46,520 bases of DNA from contig JAUQYZ020000256.1 in NCBI GenBank assembly GCA_030587475.2, forward strand, positions 1 to 46,520. Reading direction: 5' to 3'. Positions within the stretch are counted from its first letter, which is position 1. The number at the start of each line of letters is the position of its first letter. The notes beneath the pieces were generated by a model. It made no database searches, was not told where the DNA came from, and worked only from the letters and a program-made list of their open reading frames with translations. Below, piece by piece: positions 18,052 to 26,796 of this stretch. Source of the DNA: Candidatus Sigynarchaeum calidifontis (GTDB lineage: Archaea > Asgardarchaeota > Lokiarchaeia > Sigyniarchaeales > Sigyniarchaeaceae). Position numbers and translations under genes: made by a program.

Positions 18052-19473
18052 ATGAACATATTATACGTGAACGCGGCCAACGCCGGCTCCCTGGGGCTGG
18101 ACTCGTTTCTTTGCGCCCCCCCGCTGGCGCTCATGTATCTCACGCCCACCGTGCCGCAACACAAGAAATTCCTCATCGACTTGAAGGCCCGCCCTAACAC
18201 TCCCGAAGACTTCATCCGCCGAATGATTCAAAAGGCGGACCTGGTCGCGATCACGTCGTACACGCCCTCGATCAAGAGCGCTATGCGGGTGGGATCGATC
18301 GCGAAGGAATACGGCAAGCCCGTCATCATCGGCGGGTACCACGCGTCGCTCGTCCCCGAGGTCGTCAAGGAACCGATGTTCGACGTCGCCGTGCAGAACG
18401 AGGGCGAGCTCACGTTCCCGGAAGTTGTTGGCATCCTGGAAAGGGATGGCAAGTGGACGCCACGGAACTTGAAAGGTGTTCAAGGCATCTCCTACAAAAA
18501 CAACGGGGATGTCATCATTAACGAGCCCCGGCCGCTCATCAAGGACCTGGACACGCTCCCCATGCCTGACCGGACGCTCATCGGGAACACGAAATACGAG
18601 TACTTCGGCGTGACCATGGATGCCCTTGAGAGTTCTCGCGGCTGCGTCGGGCAGTGCGATTTCTGCTGCGTGAAAGAACACACGCCCACCTGGCGTAAGA
18701 AATCCCCTGAACGCGTCGTGCGGGAGATCGAAGCGTTGTCGCGAAAGACCCGCTGGATCGGCTTTCAAGATTCCGAGTTCTCGATAAACATGAACCGGGT
18801 CAAGGATATCTGTGACCTCATCATCGAGCGTGGCCTGGACAAGCAATGGTACTCGGCGCAAGTCCGTGCAGACGACTTGCTCCGGGACCCCGCGGCGTTC
18901 GCGCGCATGGTCGATTGCGGCTTCAAGATGCTCTTCATCGGCATCGAATCGGCTCACCAGGCGAGCCTCGATCGCATAGGAAAGCGCGAGTCCGTCGACA
19001 CGATCAAGAAAGCAATCAAGCTATGCCACGACAACGGCATCGCCGTGTTCGGTGCCATCATCATCGGCAACATCGGCGAGACGTACGACGACGTGCTCAA
19101 GACGATCAAGTACGCGAACGAGCTGGAGATCGACATCGCGCAATTTACCGCCCTCACGCCCTTGCCCAAGACCAAGCTCTGGGAGGAGGCGAACAAAAAC
19201 GGCTGGATTGAAGAACGGGACTGGACAAAATATGACTTTACCCAGGTCGTGATGCACACGCCGCAACTTACCAAGAAACAGATTGCCGAGCTCGTACACA
19301 AGGCTTACCACGATTTCTACATCGGATCAGGCTTCGGAGAATATTTTTGGAACAAGGCTCCCCGGTATTTTGGTAACAAGAAGAACTGGTGGTTCTTCCA
19401 AATGATCGGTGATTATCTCAAAAACATTCCAAAAATCATCAAGCTCGTGGACGATTTCTCGCGCATCAAGTGA
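18052..19473 (+). CDS. cobalamin-binding radical SAM protein
   Basis: PPLALMYL, IIGGYHAS, EGE (B12-binding domain), SSRGCVGQCDFC (CxxxCxxC), FIGIES, LTPLPKT.LW. ATG 18052 preferred over 17998. Confidence 0.93.
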   Translation: MNILYVNAANAGSLGLDSFLCAPPLALMYLTPTVPQHKKFLIDLKARPNTPEDFIRRMIQKADLVAITSYTPSIKSAMRVGSIAKEYGKPVIIGGYHASLVPEVVKEPMFDVAVQNEGELTFPEVVGILERDGKWTPRNLKGVQGISYKNNGDVIINEPRPLIKDLDTLPMPDRTLIGNTKYEYFGVTMDALESSRGCVGQCDFCCVKEHTPTWRKKSPERVVREIEALSRKTRWIGFQDSEFSINMNRVKDICDLIIERGLDKQWYSAQVRADDLLRDPAAFARMVDCGFKMLFIGIESAHQASLDRIGKRESVDTIKKAIKLCHDNGIAVFGAIIIGNIGETYDDVLKTIKYANELEIDIAQFTALTPLPKTKLWEEANKNGWIEERDWTKYDFTQVVMHTPQLTKKQIAELVHKAYHDFYIGSGFGEYFWNKAPRYFGNKKNWWFFQMIGDYLKNIPKIIKLVDDFSRIK

Positions 19474-19582
19474 TTTTCCCCCCGTGCACTCGATGCTGGC
19501 CATCGGGGCATGCATTTCTCGGACTTTATATACATCATCGCACTTCTTTTGCGAATCAATCACGAAAAAGGTTCTGGCGCGC

Positions 19583-19846
19583 ATGGTGGTCGAAACGGCA
19601 CGCGAGGATATCATCCTTGAAAATGCTGAATGGGACGAGATCAACGACATCACGTCCCAGCTCGTTCGCATGATGGATTCGCTCGTTGACCCGGACATGG
19701 ATCATGTACTGGCACGCCGGGCCCTCGCCCGCTCGATAGCAAACATGCGTGCCGACAAATCCGCGGAAAGTGACCAATTCTTCGCTGGCCTGGTGGCCCG
19801 GCAGCTGTTATGCTTCAAGATCATCGACGCCGGCGTCTTGGCTTGA
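19583..19846 (+). CDS. small helical hypothetical protein (87 aa)
   Basis: MVVETAREDIILENAEWDEINDITSQLVRMMDSL... has protein-like composition. A TTTATATA box lies near 19526. Confidence 0.55.
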   Translation: MVVETAREDIILENAEWDEINDITSQLVRMMDSLVDPDMDHVLARRALARSIANMRADKSAESDQFFAGLVARQLLCFKIIDAGVLA

Positions 19847-19946
19847 AATCTTGTTTTTTCACCAAACACGAGCCTCCAACCCAGCCGAGGGACATGGCCA
19901 TAGTTTTTTATCCGCGCAGCGCGGATCGCGCAACCGGGAAGGCATC

Positions 19947-21473
19947 ATGACAAGCATCCTGGAGAAGCTGCAATCCATCGTCTCGGAGCAGTTCGTCAAG
20001 CATGACATCTACACGCGCCATGCCTACTCGCGCAACGTGGATCCCGTGCTGCAAGGCGTCCCGGACTACGTCGTGCGGCCGAAGGACGCGCGTGAGGTCG
20101 CCGAGATATTAAAGCTCGCCAACGAGCAAGACATGCCTGTCATCGTGCGTGGCGGCGGGGATTGCGAGTTCGGGGGCAGCAAGCCGGTCGGCGATGGCGG
20201 GATATTGATCGACATGAAACGCATGGACAGCGTCATCAACATCGACGAGGACAACTTGATCGTCACGGTCGAAGCGGGAATCTCGTGGGGGAAGTTGAAC
20301 GAGCAGCTCTCGCGCCTGGGCCTTTACACGGGCTGCATGGGTCCCGGCAGCGGCATGACCGCGTCGGTTGGTGGCGGCATCTCCCACCACTCGGTCGGCG
20401 GCGGGGGCTGTGCACGGTACGGCGCGTGCACGAACGGGCTCGTCGGCCTCGAGGTCGTGCTGCCGACCGGCGAGATCATCGAAACGGGTTCCCGTGCAAA
20501 CAAGTTCACTGCTGCCCCATTTAACAGGTTCGGGAACGGCCCCGACCTGGCGGGCTTGTTCTGCGGCGACAATGGCATCCTCGGCGTGAAGACCAAGGTA
20601 TCGCTGCGCATCTATCCCCGTCCGCCGCGCGCCGCTTACAAGACGTTCGTCATGGGCCGGAAGTCGGCCGAAGCAGCGGCCAACATCTTCATGGCCATCC
20701 GCCACAAGGGCATCGACGTCTACGATGCCATGTACATCATGGACCTGGTCGTGCTGGTCGGTTGCGAGAAGGGCCTCTTCCCCCTGTGGGAATCGCTGAA
20801 GAAAAAGCGCGGGATTTTTTTCTACACGGTCGAGGCAAATTCCGACGCGGAACTCGATGCCAAGGTCAAGCAGCTCGACGAGATCGTCCTCGCGCAGAAA
20901 TGCGAGGCTCTTGGCCCGGAGATCGCTGACGGGAACTATGCCAAGTGGCATTACGTCGAGCAAGGTGGCTGGCAAAACTACCATAACCTGTGGGGGATCG
21001 AGCGCGGCGGGTACGAGCCGTTGACCGCCGAGTGTTTCGTGCCGGCCAAGCAATTCCCGGCAATCCTGGAGGACCTCGATGTATGGGATGGCGAGAACGT
21101 GCATGACATAGAAATCATCTTGAAGACGTGCGGCACGCGGCCTGTCACTGGCAGCGGCCCCATCTTGCTCGTCGACGGCTGCAACGTGGAGCTCACGTGC
21201 GGATTCACGACGTTCAACGCGTATTTCAACGGTTCCTACCATCCCGAAATCGCCGAGGCCAATTTGCGGCTCTGGAAATCCATTCTGGAGCGCGTCACGC
21301 GCCACGGCGTGCAGTGGTACATGATGGGCGACATCACGTCGCGGCTCATGGTCGACATCGGCGCCTACTCGCCTGCATACCTCGATGCCTTGCGAACTAT
21401 CAAGGACTGCCTCGATCCGAAGCACGTGCTCGGCCGCGGCAAGTTCGACTTCTGGGGGGTGGGCGGCCGGTGA
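19947..21473 (+). CDS. FAD-linked oxidase/dehydrogenase, GlcD / alkyl-DHAP-synthase-like (VAO/PCMH fold)
   Basis: PDYVVRP, VIVRGGG, ILIDMKRM, VTVEAGI, ASVGG, GLEVVLPTGEII, GPDLAGLFCGDNGILGV, LDPKHVLGRGK. ATG at 19947. Confidence 0.9.
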   Translation: MTSILEKLQSIVSEQFVKHDIYTRHAYSRNVDPVLQGVPDYVVRPKDAREVAEILKLANEQDMPVIVRGGGDCEFGGSKPVGDGGILIDMKRMDSVINIDEDNLIVTVEAGISWGKLNEQLSRLGLYTGCMGPGSGMTASVGGGISHHSVGGGGCARYGACTNGLVGLEVVLPTGEIIETGSRANKFTAAPFNRFGNGPDLAGLFCGDNGILGVKTKVSLRIYPRPPRAAYKTFVMGRKSAEAAANIFMAIRHKGIDVYDAMYIMDLVVLVGCEKGLFPLWESLKKKRGIFFYTVEANSDAELDAKVKQLDEIVLAQKCEALGPEIADGNYAKWHYVEQGGWQNYHNLWGIERGGYEPLTAECFVPAKQFPAILEDLDVWDGENVHDIEIILKTCGTRPVTGSGPILLVDGCNVELTCGFTTFNAYFNGSYHPEIAEANLRLWKSILERVTRHGVQWYMMGDITSRLMVDIGAYSPAYLDALRTIKDCLDPKHVLGRGKFDFWGVGGR

Positions 21474-22726
21474 ATGATTCCAGTAACACCAGTAGCACCA
21501 GCAACGCCGGCACGATCGAGCACGTGAAAGCCCGGTGGGCCGACATCATGTCTTGCATCGGCTGCGGCGATTGCGGGTATTCGATACGCCCCGCGGTCGG
21601 CCGGTACCTCGTGTGTCCCGTGAAGGAGGCCAAGGGACCGGCCGGCTTCGAACCCACGTTCTCCCGCGGGCGCATGGGCATCTTGAAGAGCCTTCTCGAA
21701 GGCAAGGTCGAGCTCGGCGCCGGGCTCGTGGACATGGCATATGAATGCACCGAATGCGGCTCGTGCAACGAGGTATGCCACAAGACCCACAACCCCGGCA
21801 TCGTGCTCAACACGTCGAAGTGGATCGACCATGTCGAGGTGTGGCACGCGCTGCGGCAAGACCTCGTCGCTAGCGGGCTCGCGCCGCTCGGCAAGCACGC
21901 GAAGCTGCTCGCCGCCATGAACGACCCGTCCATGCGCAACCCGTACGGCGAGCCCAAGGCCAACAAGACCACGTGGGCCGCGGGCTTGCCCGGCATCGTC
22001 AAGGGATCCGAGCTCGTGCTCTTCGCGGGGTGCACCTACCCGCTCCGGCTGCCGGGGACGCTGGAGAACCTCGCGCGCGTTTTCAAGGCGGCCGGGCGGG
22101 ATTTTTCGCTGCTCGAGGACGAGTGGTGCTGCGGTTCGGTCGCGCTGCGCATCGGCGACGTGGTGGCTGCCAAGGATACCATCTTACACGACATCGAGCA
22201 AGTGAAGGCGAGCGGTGCAAAGGCGGTCTTCGCGCTGTGCGCTGGCTGCTACCGGACAATGTCGAAAGACTGGCCGGCAATCGCGGGTGGTGCCCTTCCT
22301 TTCGAAGTGCTGCACGTGACGCAAGTGCTCGCAGATATAATGGGCAAGAAGGGCATTTCGCTCGCCCCGCGGGTCGACCAGAAACGCGTTGCCTTTCACG
22401 ACCCGTGCCATCTCGGCCGGCACATGCACGTCTACGAGCCGCCGCGCGACGTCATCAAGGCACTCCCCGGCACCGCGCTGGTCGAGCTGCAGCGCAACCG
22501 TGGCAATGCATGGTGCTGCGGTGCCGGTGGGGGCGTGAAAAGCCAGTATCCAGCCCTGGCCAATGACATCGCGCGAAACCGCATCGATGAGGCCCTTCAA
22601 GCGAAAGTAGACGTGCTGCTCTCGGCGTGCCCGTTTTGCGAGGCAAACTTGAAGGATGCCGTCCACGCAAGCGATGCCCGTCTACAAGTTCAAGACATCA
22701 TCGATCACGTTGCTTCATTACTCTGA
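21470..22726 (+). CDS. Fe-S protein with CCG domains (GlcF/HdrD-like), partner of the upstream FAD oxidase
   Basis: CIGCGDC...CP and CTECGSCNEVC clusters, EWCCG, CAGCY, FHDPCHLGR, WCCGAGGG, SACPFC. GTG 21470 overlaps the upstream TGA. Confidence 0.92.
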   Translation: MNDSSNTSSTSNAGTIEHVKARWADIMSCIGCGDCGYSIRPAVGRYLVCPVKEAKGPAGFEPTFSRGRMGILKSLLEGKVELGAGLVDMAYECTECGSCNEVCHKTHNPGIVLNTSKWIDHVEVWHALRQDLVASGLAPLGKHAKLLAAMNDPSMRNPYGEPKANKTTWAAGLPGIVKGSELVLFAGCTYPLRLPGTLENLARVFKAAGRDFSLLEDEWCCGSVALRIGDVVAAKDTILHDIEQVKASGAKAVFALCAGCYRTMSKDWPAIAGGALPFEVLHVTQVLADIMGKKGISLAPRVDQKRVAFHDPCHLGRHMHVYEPPRDVIKALPGTALVELQRNRGNAWCCGAGGGVKSQYPALANDIARNRIDEALQAKVDVLLSACPFCEANLKDAVHASDARLQVQDIIDHVASLL

Positions 22727-22842
22727 TTCACCATAACTCCCTTTTAAAAGGCGTTAATAACGCCCTTCCGAAATCTTAATAAGGGTGAATTATTTAAAGT
22801 TTTTCTACAGATCCACCAGAATAACTCGGTAAGGTGACCTTG

Positions 22843-22950
22843 ATGAAAATCGTCAAACTGGGCAGCTTGACCGTGATACTGGCCATTTTCGCGATTGTCA
22901 TGACAGTGTCATCGATAGGGTTCTTGTTACTCTTGAAAGCGCTGCTATGA
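22843..22950 (+). CDS. 35-aa single-pass membrane microprotein (absent from the ORF track)
   Basis: MKIVKLGSLTVILAIFAIVMTVSSIGFLLLLKALL*. SD-like AAGGTGA at 22831-22837 and TTTAAA at 22793-22798. Confidence 0.6.
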   Translation: MKIVKLGSLTVILAIFAIVMTVSSIGFLLLLKALL

Positions 22951-23047
22951 TCGTCGTGTTAATGGCTAGCCTTTCGATACCATGCATCTAATCGCACGTC
23001 ACTTTGCCTTACGAAAAGGAGGGCAACATACGTGCTGAAAAATGCGA

Positions 23048-24073
23048 TCAGAGCCTGTTGAACCGTAGCCATTTCTCGAATTCGCGGCTCAAGATCTCCA
23101 GTTCAGGTTTCGACGGGTTGTAAAAATGCACGGTTTGCGTTTTTTCGTTGTATGATATCAAGAAATCGTTGTTGATGCGCTGGATGAACCCTATGATGTA
23201 TTTCCTATCGAGATTCTTTAACATCCTGCTTAGCTTTTCGATTGGATATGCTGAAGCACCGATGGCCGCTTTTTCGAATTCCAACACGCGCAAGTAAGTG
23301 ATGTTCGCCTCTATCTCGACGATCTGGCGGAGCCGGTCATCCCTCTCGGCGCGCAGTTGTTCCTCCGATTTCTTTTGCACGGCGGTTGGGACGAGAATTG
23401 CGAGTGGCTTGACCAGCTTTTTCACCGCGACCTTCATCTGGTCCTCGAGCGAGACGAGCTTGCTTGCTCTCCTGGTTTGCTGCTTGAGCAAGAAATCATC
23501 GAGTTCCTCGCTTCCCTCGATGAACCTGTCGAAGTCAAAGTCTTCCACGTCATCCTTTGGTGTTTCTTTCTGGGCATATGACGTGCAAACGTGGTCGATG
23601 ACCTCGAACGAGCGGTTGATGACGACCGTGAACGGATGCCCGCATTTTGGATTGACCTTGATCGCCACCGATACCCCGTCATCCATTTTCTGGAAGATCG
23701 CAGCGGGGACGCGCTCGTCCATGCAGAACTTGCACGACTTGCACTTCAATTCCTTCCTTTTTGGTGGCTGTGCATCGACCGGGCTTTCTAACGCGGTCTC
23801 TACCGCGGGCTTGGAAGAATCTGTTGGCGTTTCGGCGGTGGCGGTCTTGAGGATCCGTGGTGAATCGGCAATGTTATTTGTCACTTGTTGGGCCTTAATC
23901 GGGACCGCAACCGCTGCATTGCTGGCTGCATCGAGTTCCGGCTTGATCAAATCTTTCGGCCTAGAATTTTCATCATGTTCCATGCAAGTGTTCGTCTTGG
24001 AAGCCTCTCTTTCTTGACTGCTCGAAACTGGCTTGCTATACTCGGCCATGTTATCCGGGCTCGTTTCTGTCAT
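23048..24073 (-). CDS. hypothetical protein: disordered N-terminus, CxxC...CxH Zn-binding module, coiled coil, C-terminal winged-helix/PCI-like segment
   Basis: LKCKSCKF...NPKCGHPFTVVINRSFEV. C-terminus YPIEKLSRMLKNLDRKYIIGFIQRI...ISYNEKTQTVHF. Confidence 0.6.
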   Translation of the reverse strand: MTETSPDNMAEYSKPVSSSQEREASKTNTCMEHDENSRPKDLIKPELDAASNAAVAVPIKAQQVTNNIADSPRILKTATAETPTDSSKPAVETALESPVDAQPPKRKELKCKSCKFCMDERVPAAIFQKMDDGVSVAIKVNPKCGHPFTVVINRSFEVIDHVCTSYAQKETPKDDVEDFDFDRFIEGSEELDDFLLKQQTRRASKLVSLEDQMKVAVKKLVKPLAILVPTAVQKKSEEQLRAERDDRLRQIVEIEANITYLRVLEFEKAAIGASAYPIEKLSRMLKNLDRKYIIGFIQRINNDFLISYNEKTQTVHFYNPSKPELEILSREFEKWLRFNRL

Positions 24074-24751
24074 GATTTTCCTAGTCTTACTTTCACTACT
24101 AGCTCCGGTGTTGCGTTAAACGGGGATGGACGGACGATGATTTGATCATGCATTCGAGCCTATAAAAAATCTTCGTGTATAGACGCGAGGCCTCCAGTTT
24201 GCCGCGTCTACGCGTGTCATAAGAGACTTAACTTCCGGTTCGCGGCGGAAGCATGCGTGGAGCCAGACAACATGCTTGGTCTTCCAGGCCTGCCGTATCT
24301 CTTTTAGATGCTGGCTAATATATATCGCGGTCAAAGACTTATTCATCTAGTAAGAACGTCAGCCGCCATCAAGCCAGGTGGCGGTTCATCTTAGCCAACA
24401 TCTTTTCTACTTTCATTTTGGATTTCGTTCCAAGTGCCCCTGGTATTTCAGCACGTGTCGCGAGCCCGGAGTTCTTGGCTGGTGCGGGTGAAATTTCCTT
24501 GGTGGGTGTTCAGGTGGATGTCCGGATTAGGCGAGTCTTGTTTTACAGAAGGAAACGAAATCCGTTGGATTCGTTTAAGGCATACAGAGACCGTGAAAAA
24601 ACCGAAAGGCCCTCGTTTGTTTCATAGGTTAAAAAGGAACCATCGTTTCTGCGATTTCCCATAATCAAGGCTTTACCAGGCTTGACAAAGCTTGATAATC
24701 CTTGTCCTCGTTATTAAAATGGAGAATAGATCGTCCCGCCCATGATCCACC

Positions 24752-25444
24752 ATGTCCTGGCACGTCGACGAGCTCGTTGAAACTGAAGAAAAGCGGCCAG
24801 TGAAGGAAACCGCGCAAACTGCCGGCCATGCGGAGCAACAACAAGACACAGCGCAGCAACCGGCCGTGGTACAGACAAAGATACTGCAAAACGTTTCCCA
24901 GGACAAGATACAGTTCCGGTGGAAGATCTGCGTCGTCGGCCCCGGCGGTGTTGGTAAAAGCACGATGCTACACAGGTATTTTTACAAGCAATTTATCCCG
25001 GACATGATCATGACCATCGGCGTTTCACACATGAGCCACGTGATCGAACGTCATGGCAAGATCATCAATCTAATAATATGGGACCTCAGTGGCCAGAAGC
25101 GGTTCGAAGTTTTGCACCCTGCCTATGTTGGTGATTCGACTGGTGCCTTCGTCGTCTTCGACATGTCCCAGCCCGACACGCTTGATGATGTGAATAAATG
25201 GGTGGACTTGATCCGGCGGTACAACGCTAATAACAAGGCGTTGCCGATCATACTAGTTGGCACCAAGGTCGACCTCCTTACAGATCAATCCCAGCTCGAT
25301 GCGATCTACAAGAAGATCGAGGAAAAGATGGCCGAACTCGAGCTGCAATACGTCTGCGTCACGTCGTCGAAAACGAACTACAACGTGACCGAAACGATCG
25401 ATTTCCTCGTCGATTATATCCTTTGGTCGCGTGGAATCAAGTGA
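24752..25444 (+). CDS. Rab-like small GTPase (Ras superfamily)
   Basis: KICVVGPGGVGKST (G1), MTIGV (G2), IWDLSGQKRF (G3), VVFDMS, LVGTKVDL (G4), TSSK (G5). Confidence 0.93.
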   Translation: MSWHVDELVETEEKRPVKETAQTAGHAEQQQDTAQQPAVVQTKILQNVSQDKIQFRWKICVVGPGGVGKSTMLHRYFYKQFIPDMIMTIGVSHMSHVIERHGKIINLIIWDLSGQKRFEVLHPAYVGDSTGAFVVFDMSQPDTLDDVNKWVDLIRRYNANNKALPIILVGTKVDLLTDQSQLDAIYKKIEEKMAELELQYVCVTSSKTNYNVTETIDFLVDYILWSRGIK

Positions 25445-25459
25445 AAGAAAATCGATTAT

Positions 25460-26617
25460 CTATCTCCCGAAGATCTTTTTCTTGGCGCGGCGGCGCGCAT
25501 CCTGGTCGAGCCCGAAAAACCGGCTCGTGTTCAAGTTCTTGCGCATGGCACCTAGCGAAAACAGCTGCAGCTCCGCGCCTATCTTGTTCATCGTGATCGC
25601 TTTTTTTGCCCATTGCTCGCAATACCTGCACTCGCCACAGTTCGCATCGCAATCTTGCTTCTTGAAGAAATCGATGAACCCGTCAAGCTTCGTGTTGTCG
25701 ATGCGCAAGTGTGGCTTCAGCGAGTCGCCACTCGGCTTTTCCTCCATGATGCCATCCGCGATAAACGCGAAACCCTCGAGAATATCGGCGAGGTTGCCAT
25801 CATACCGCTTCTCGGAATAGGCCTTGATTGACACGAGCAGCCGGTCGGTCGTGAGCCGCCGGCCGCCGATCTTGAAACTGTGTATCCCGATCGCCTCGTA
25901 GTGCGTGATGTCCTCGGGTCGCACCCAGCGACACCGCATGATCTCGGCTGGATCCGACAGCTTGGTGATGCTACACGCGATGACCGGATAGTCCTGGTAT
26001 GCACGGTTCCCGCATGTCTGGGACGCGTGGCCACAAATCGTGTAGTGGTAGAGCCGATAGGGGCACTCGTACAAGCAGCCATCGGTCAAGAGCAAGTTGA
26101 TCTCGCACTTCGTGGCTTGCACCATCTTCTCGAGTACCTTGAAATTGCGGTTGATCATGACATCGGGCGTGATGGCGCTCGCGCCAAGCGATTCGAAATA
26201 CTTGGCCTTGTTGACCGTGTTTACCTTCGCGATCGTCGAGACGCGTATTTTCAATTTCGGGAATTGTTCTTTCACGATCTCCATCAAGTACGGGATCGTG
26301 AGGACGACACCATCGCAGCCGATGTCCTGGATCCATTGAAGCTCGTCGATCAGCTTCTCGTGGGTTTCCCGCACGAATTCTTGGCCAGCCATGCACGGGG
26401 CATTCAAGACATAGGTAAACTCGATCTTGTTCTCGTGCATCTGCGCGATCTGGGCTTGAATTGTCTCTCGATCAGGCCCGGGCAGGATAAACGAGGGTCT
26501 GCCGCCACCAACCATCGTGTGCTGCGCTGATGCATAGAAATCGTAGACGGGATACTTATTTTTCACGACCTCTTCGATAAGACGCGGGTCCCAGTTATAC
26601 GCGACTGATAATTGCAT
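25460..26617 (-). CDS. U32 family Fe-S protein (peptidase U32 / O2-independent hydroxylase family)
   Basis: YVLNAPC, DGVVLTIPYL, VSTIAKV, INRNF, GCLYECPYR..H, WVRPED, FKIGGR, plus a C-terminal CDANCGECRYC cluster. Confidence 0.88.
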   Translation of the reverse strand: MQLSVAYNWDPRLIEEVVKNKYPVYDFYASAQHTMVGGGRPSFILPGPDRETIQAQIAQMHENKIEFTYVLNAPCMAGQEFVRETHEKLIDELQWIQDIGCDGVVLTIPYLMEIVKEQFPKLKIRVSTIAKVNTVNKAKYFESLGASAITPDVMINRNFKVLEKMVQATKCEINLLLTDGCLYECPYRLYHYTICGHASQTCGNRAYQDYPVIACSITKLSDPAEIMRCRWVRPEDITHYEAIGIHSFKIGGRRLTTDRLLVSIKAYSEKRYDGNLADILEGFAFIADGIMEEKPSGDSLKPHLRIDNTKLDGFIDFFKKQDCDANCGECRYCEQWAKKAITMNKIGAELQLFSLGAMRKNLNTSRFFGLDQDARRRAKKKIFGR

Positions 26618-26796
26618 TGCACGTTACCCACGTACTGACATTCATCGCGCCGATTAAACTTTTAACCCGTGTGCATGTCGATACATGCAATGGTGGCTAT
26701 ATGGGCAAAGAATGCCGTGTCCAGTATCGAGCAGAGCATGAAATGCCACGGTTCCCGCGTGGATCTATCGATACGAGTTTTTTTTTGCTGCACGCG

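Noticed and set aside
21128-21469. N-terminal extensions given by the ORF track (21128, 19749, 31745, 27813, 14612, 42331)
   Set aside because: They overlap neighbouring genes or promoter regions and are not protein-like. Downstream starts fit the domain boundaries.
24360-24600. Possible minus-strand ORF remnant (...TPTKEISPAPAKNSGLATRAEIPGALGTKSKMKVEKMLAKMNRHLA*)
   Set aside because: Interrupted by an upstream stop, with no convincing start and no recognisable family.
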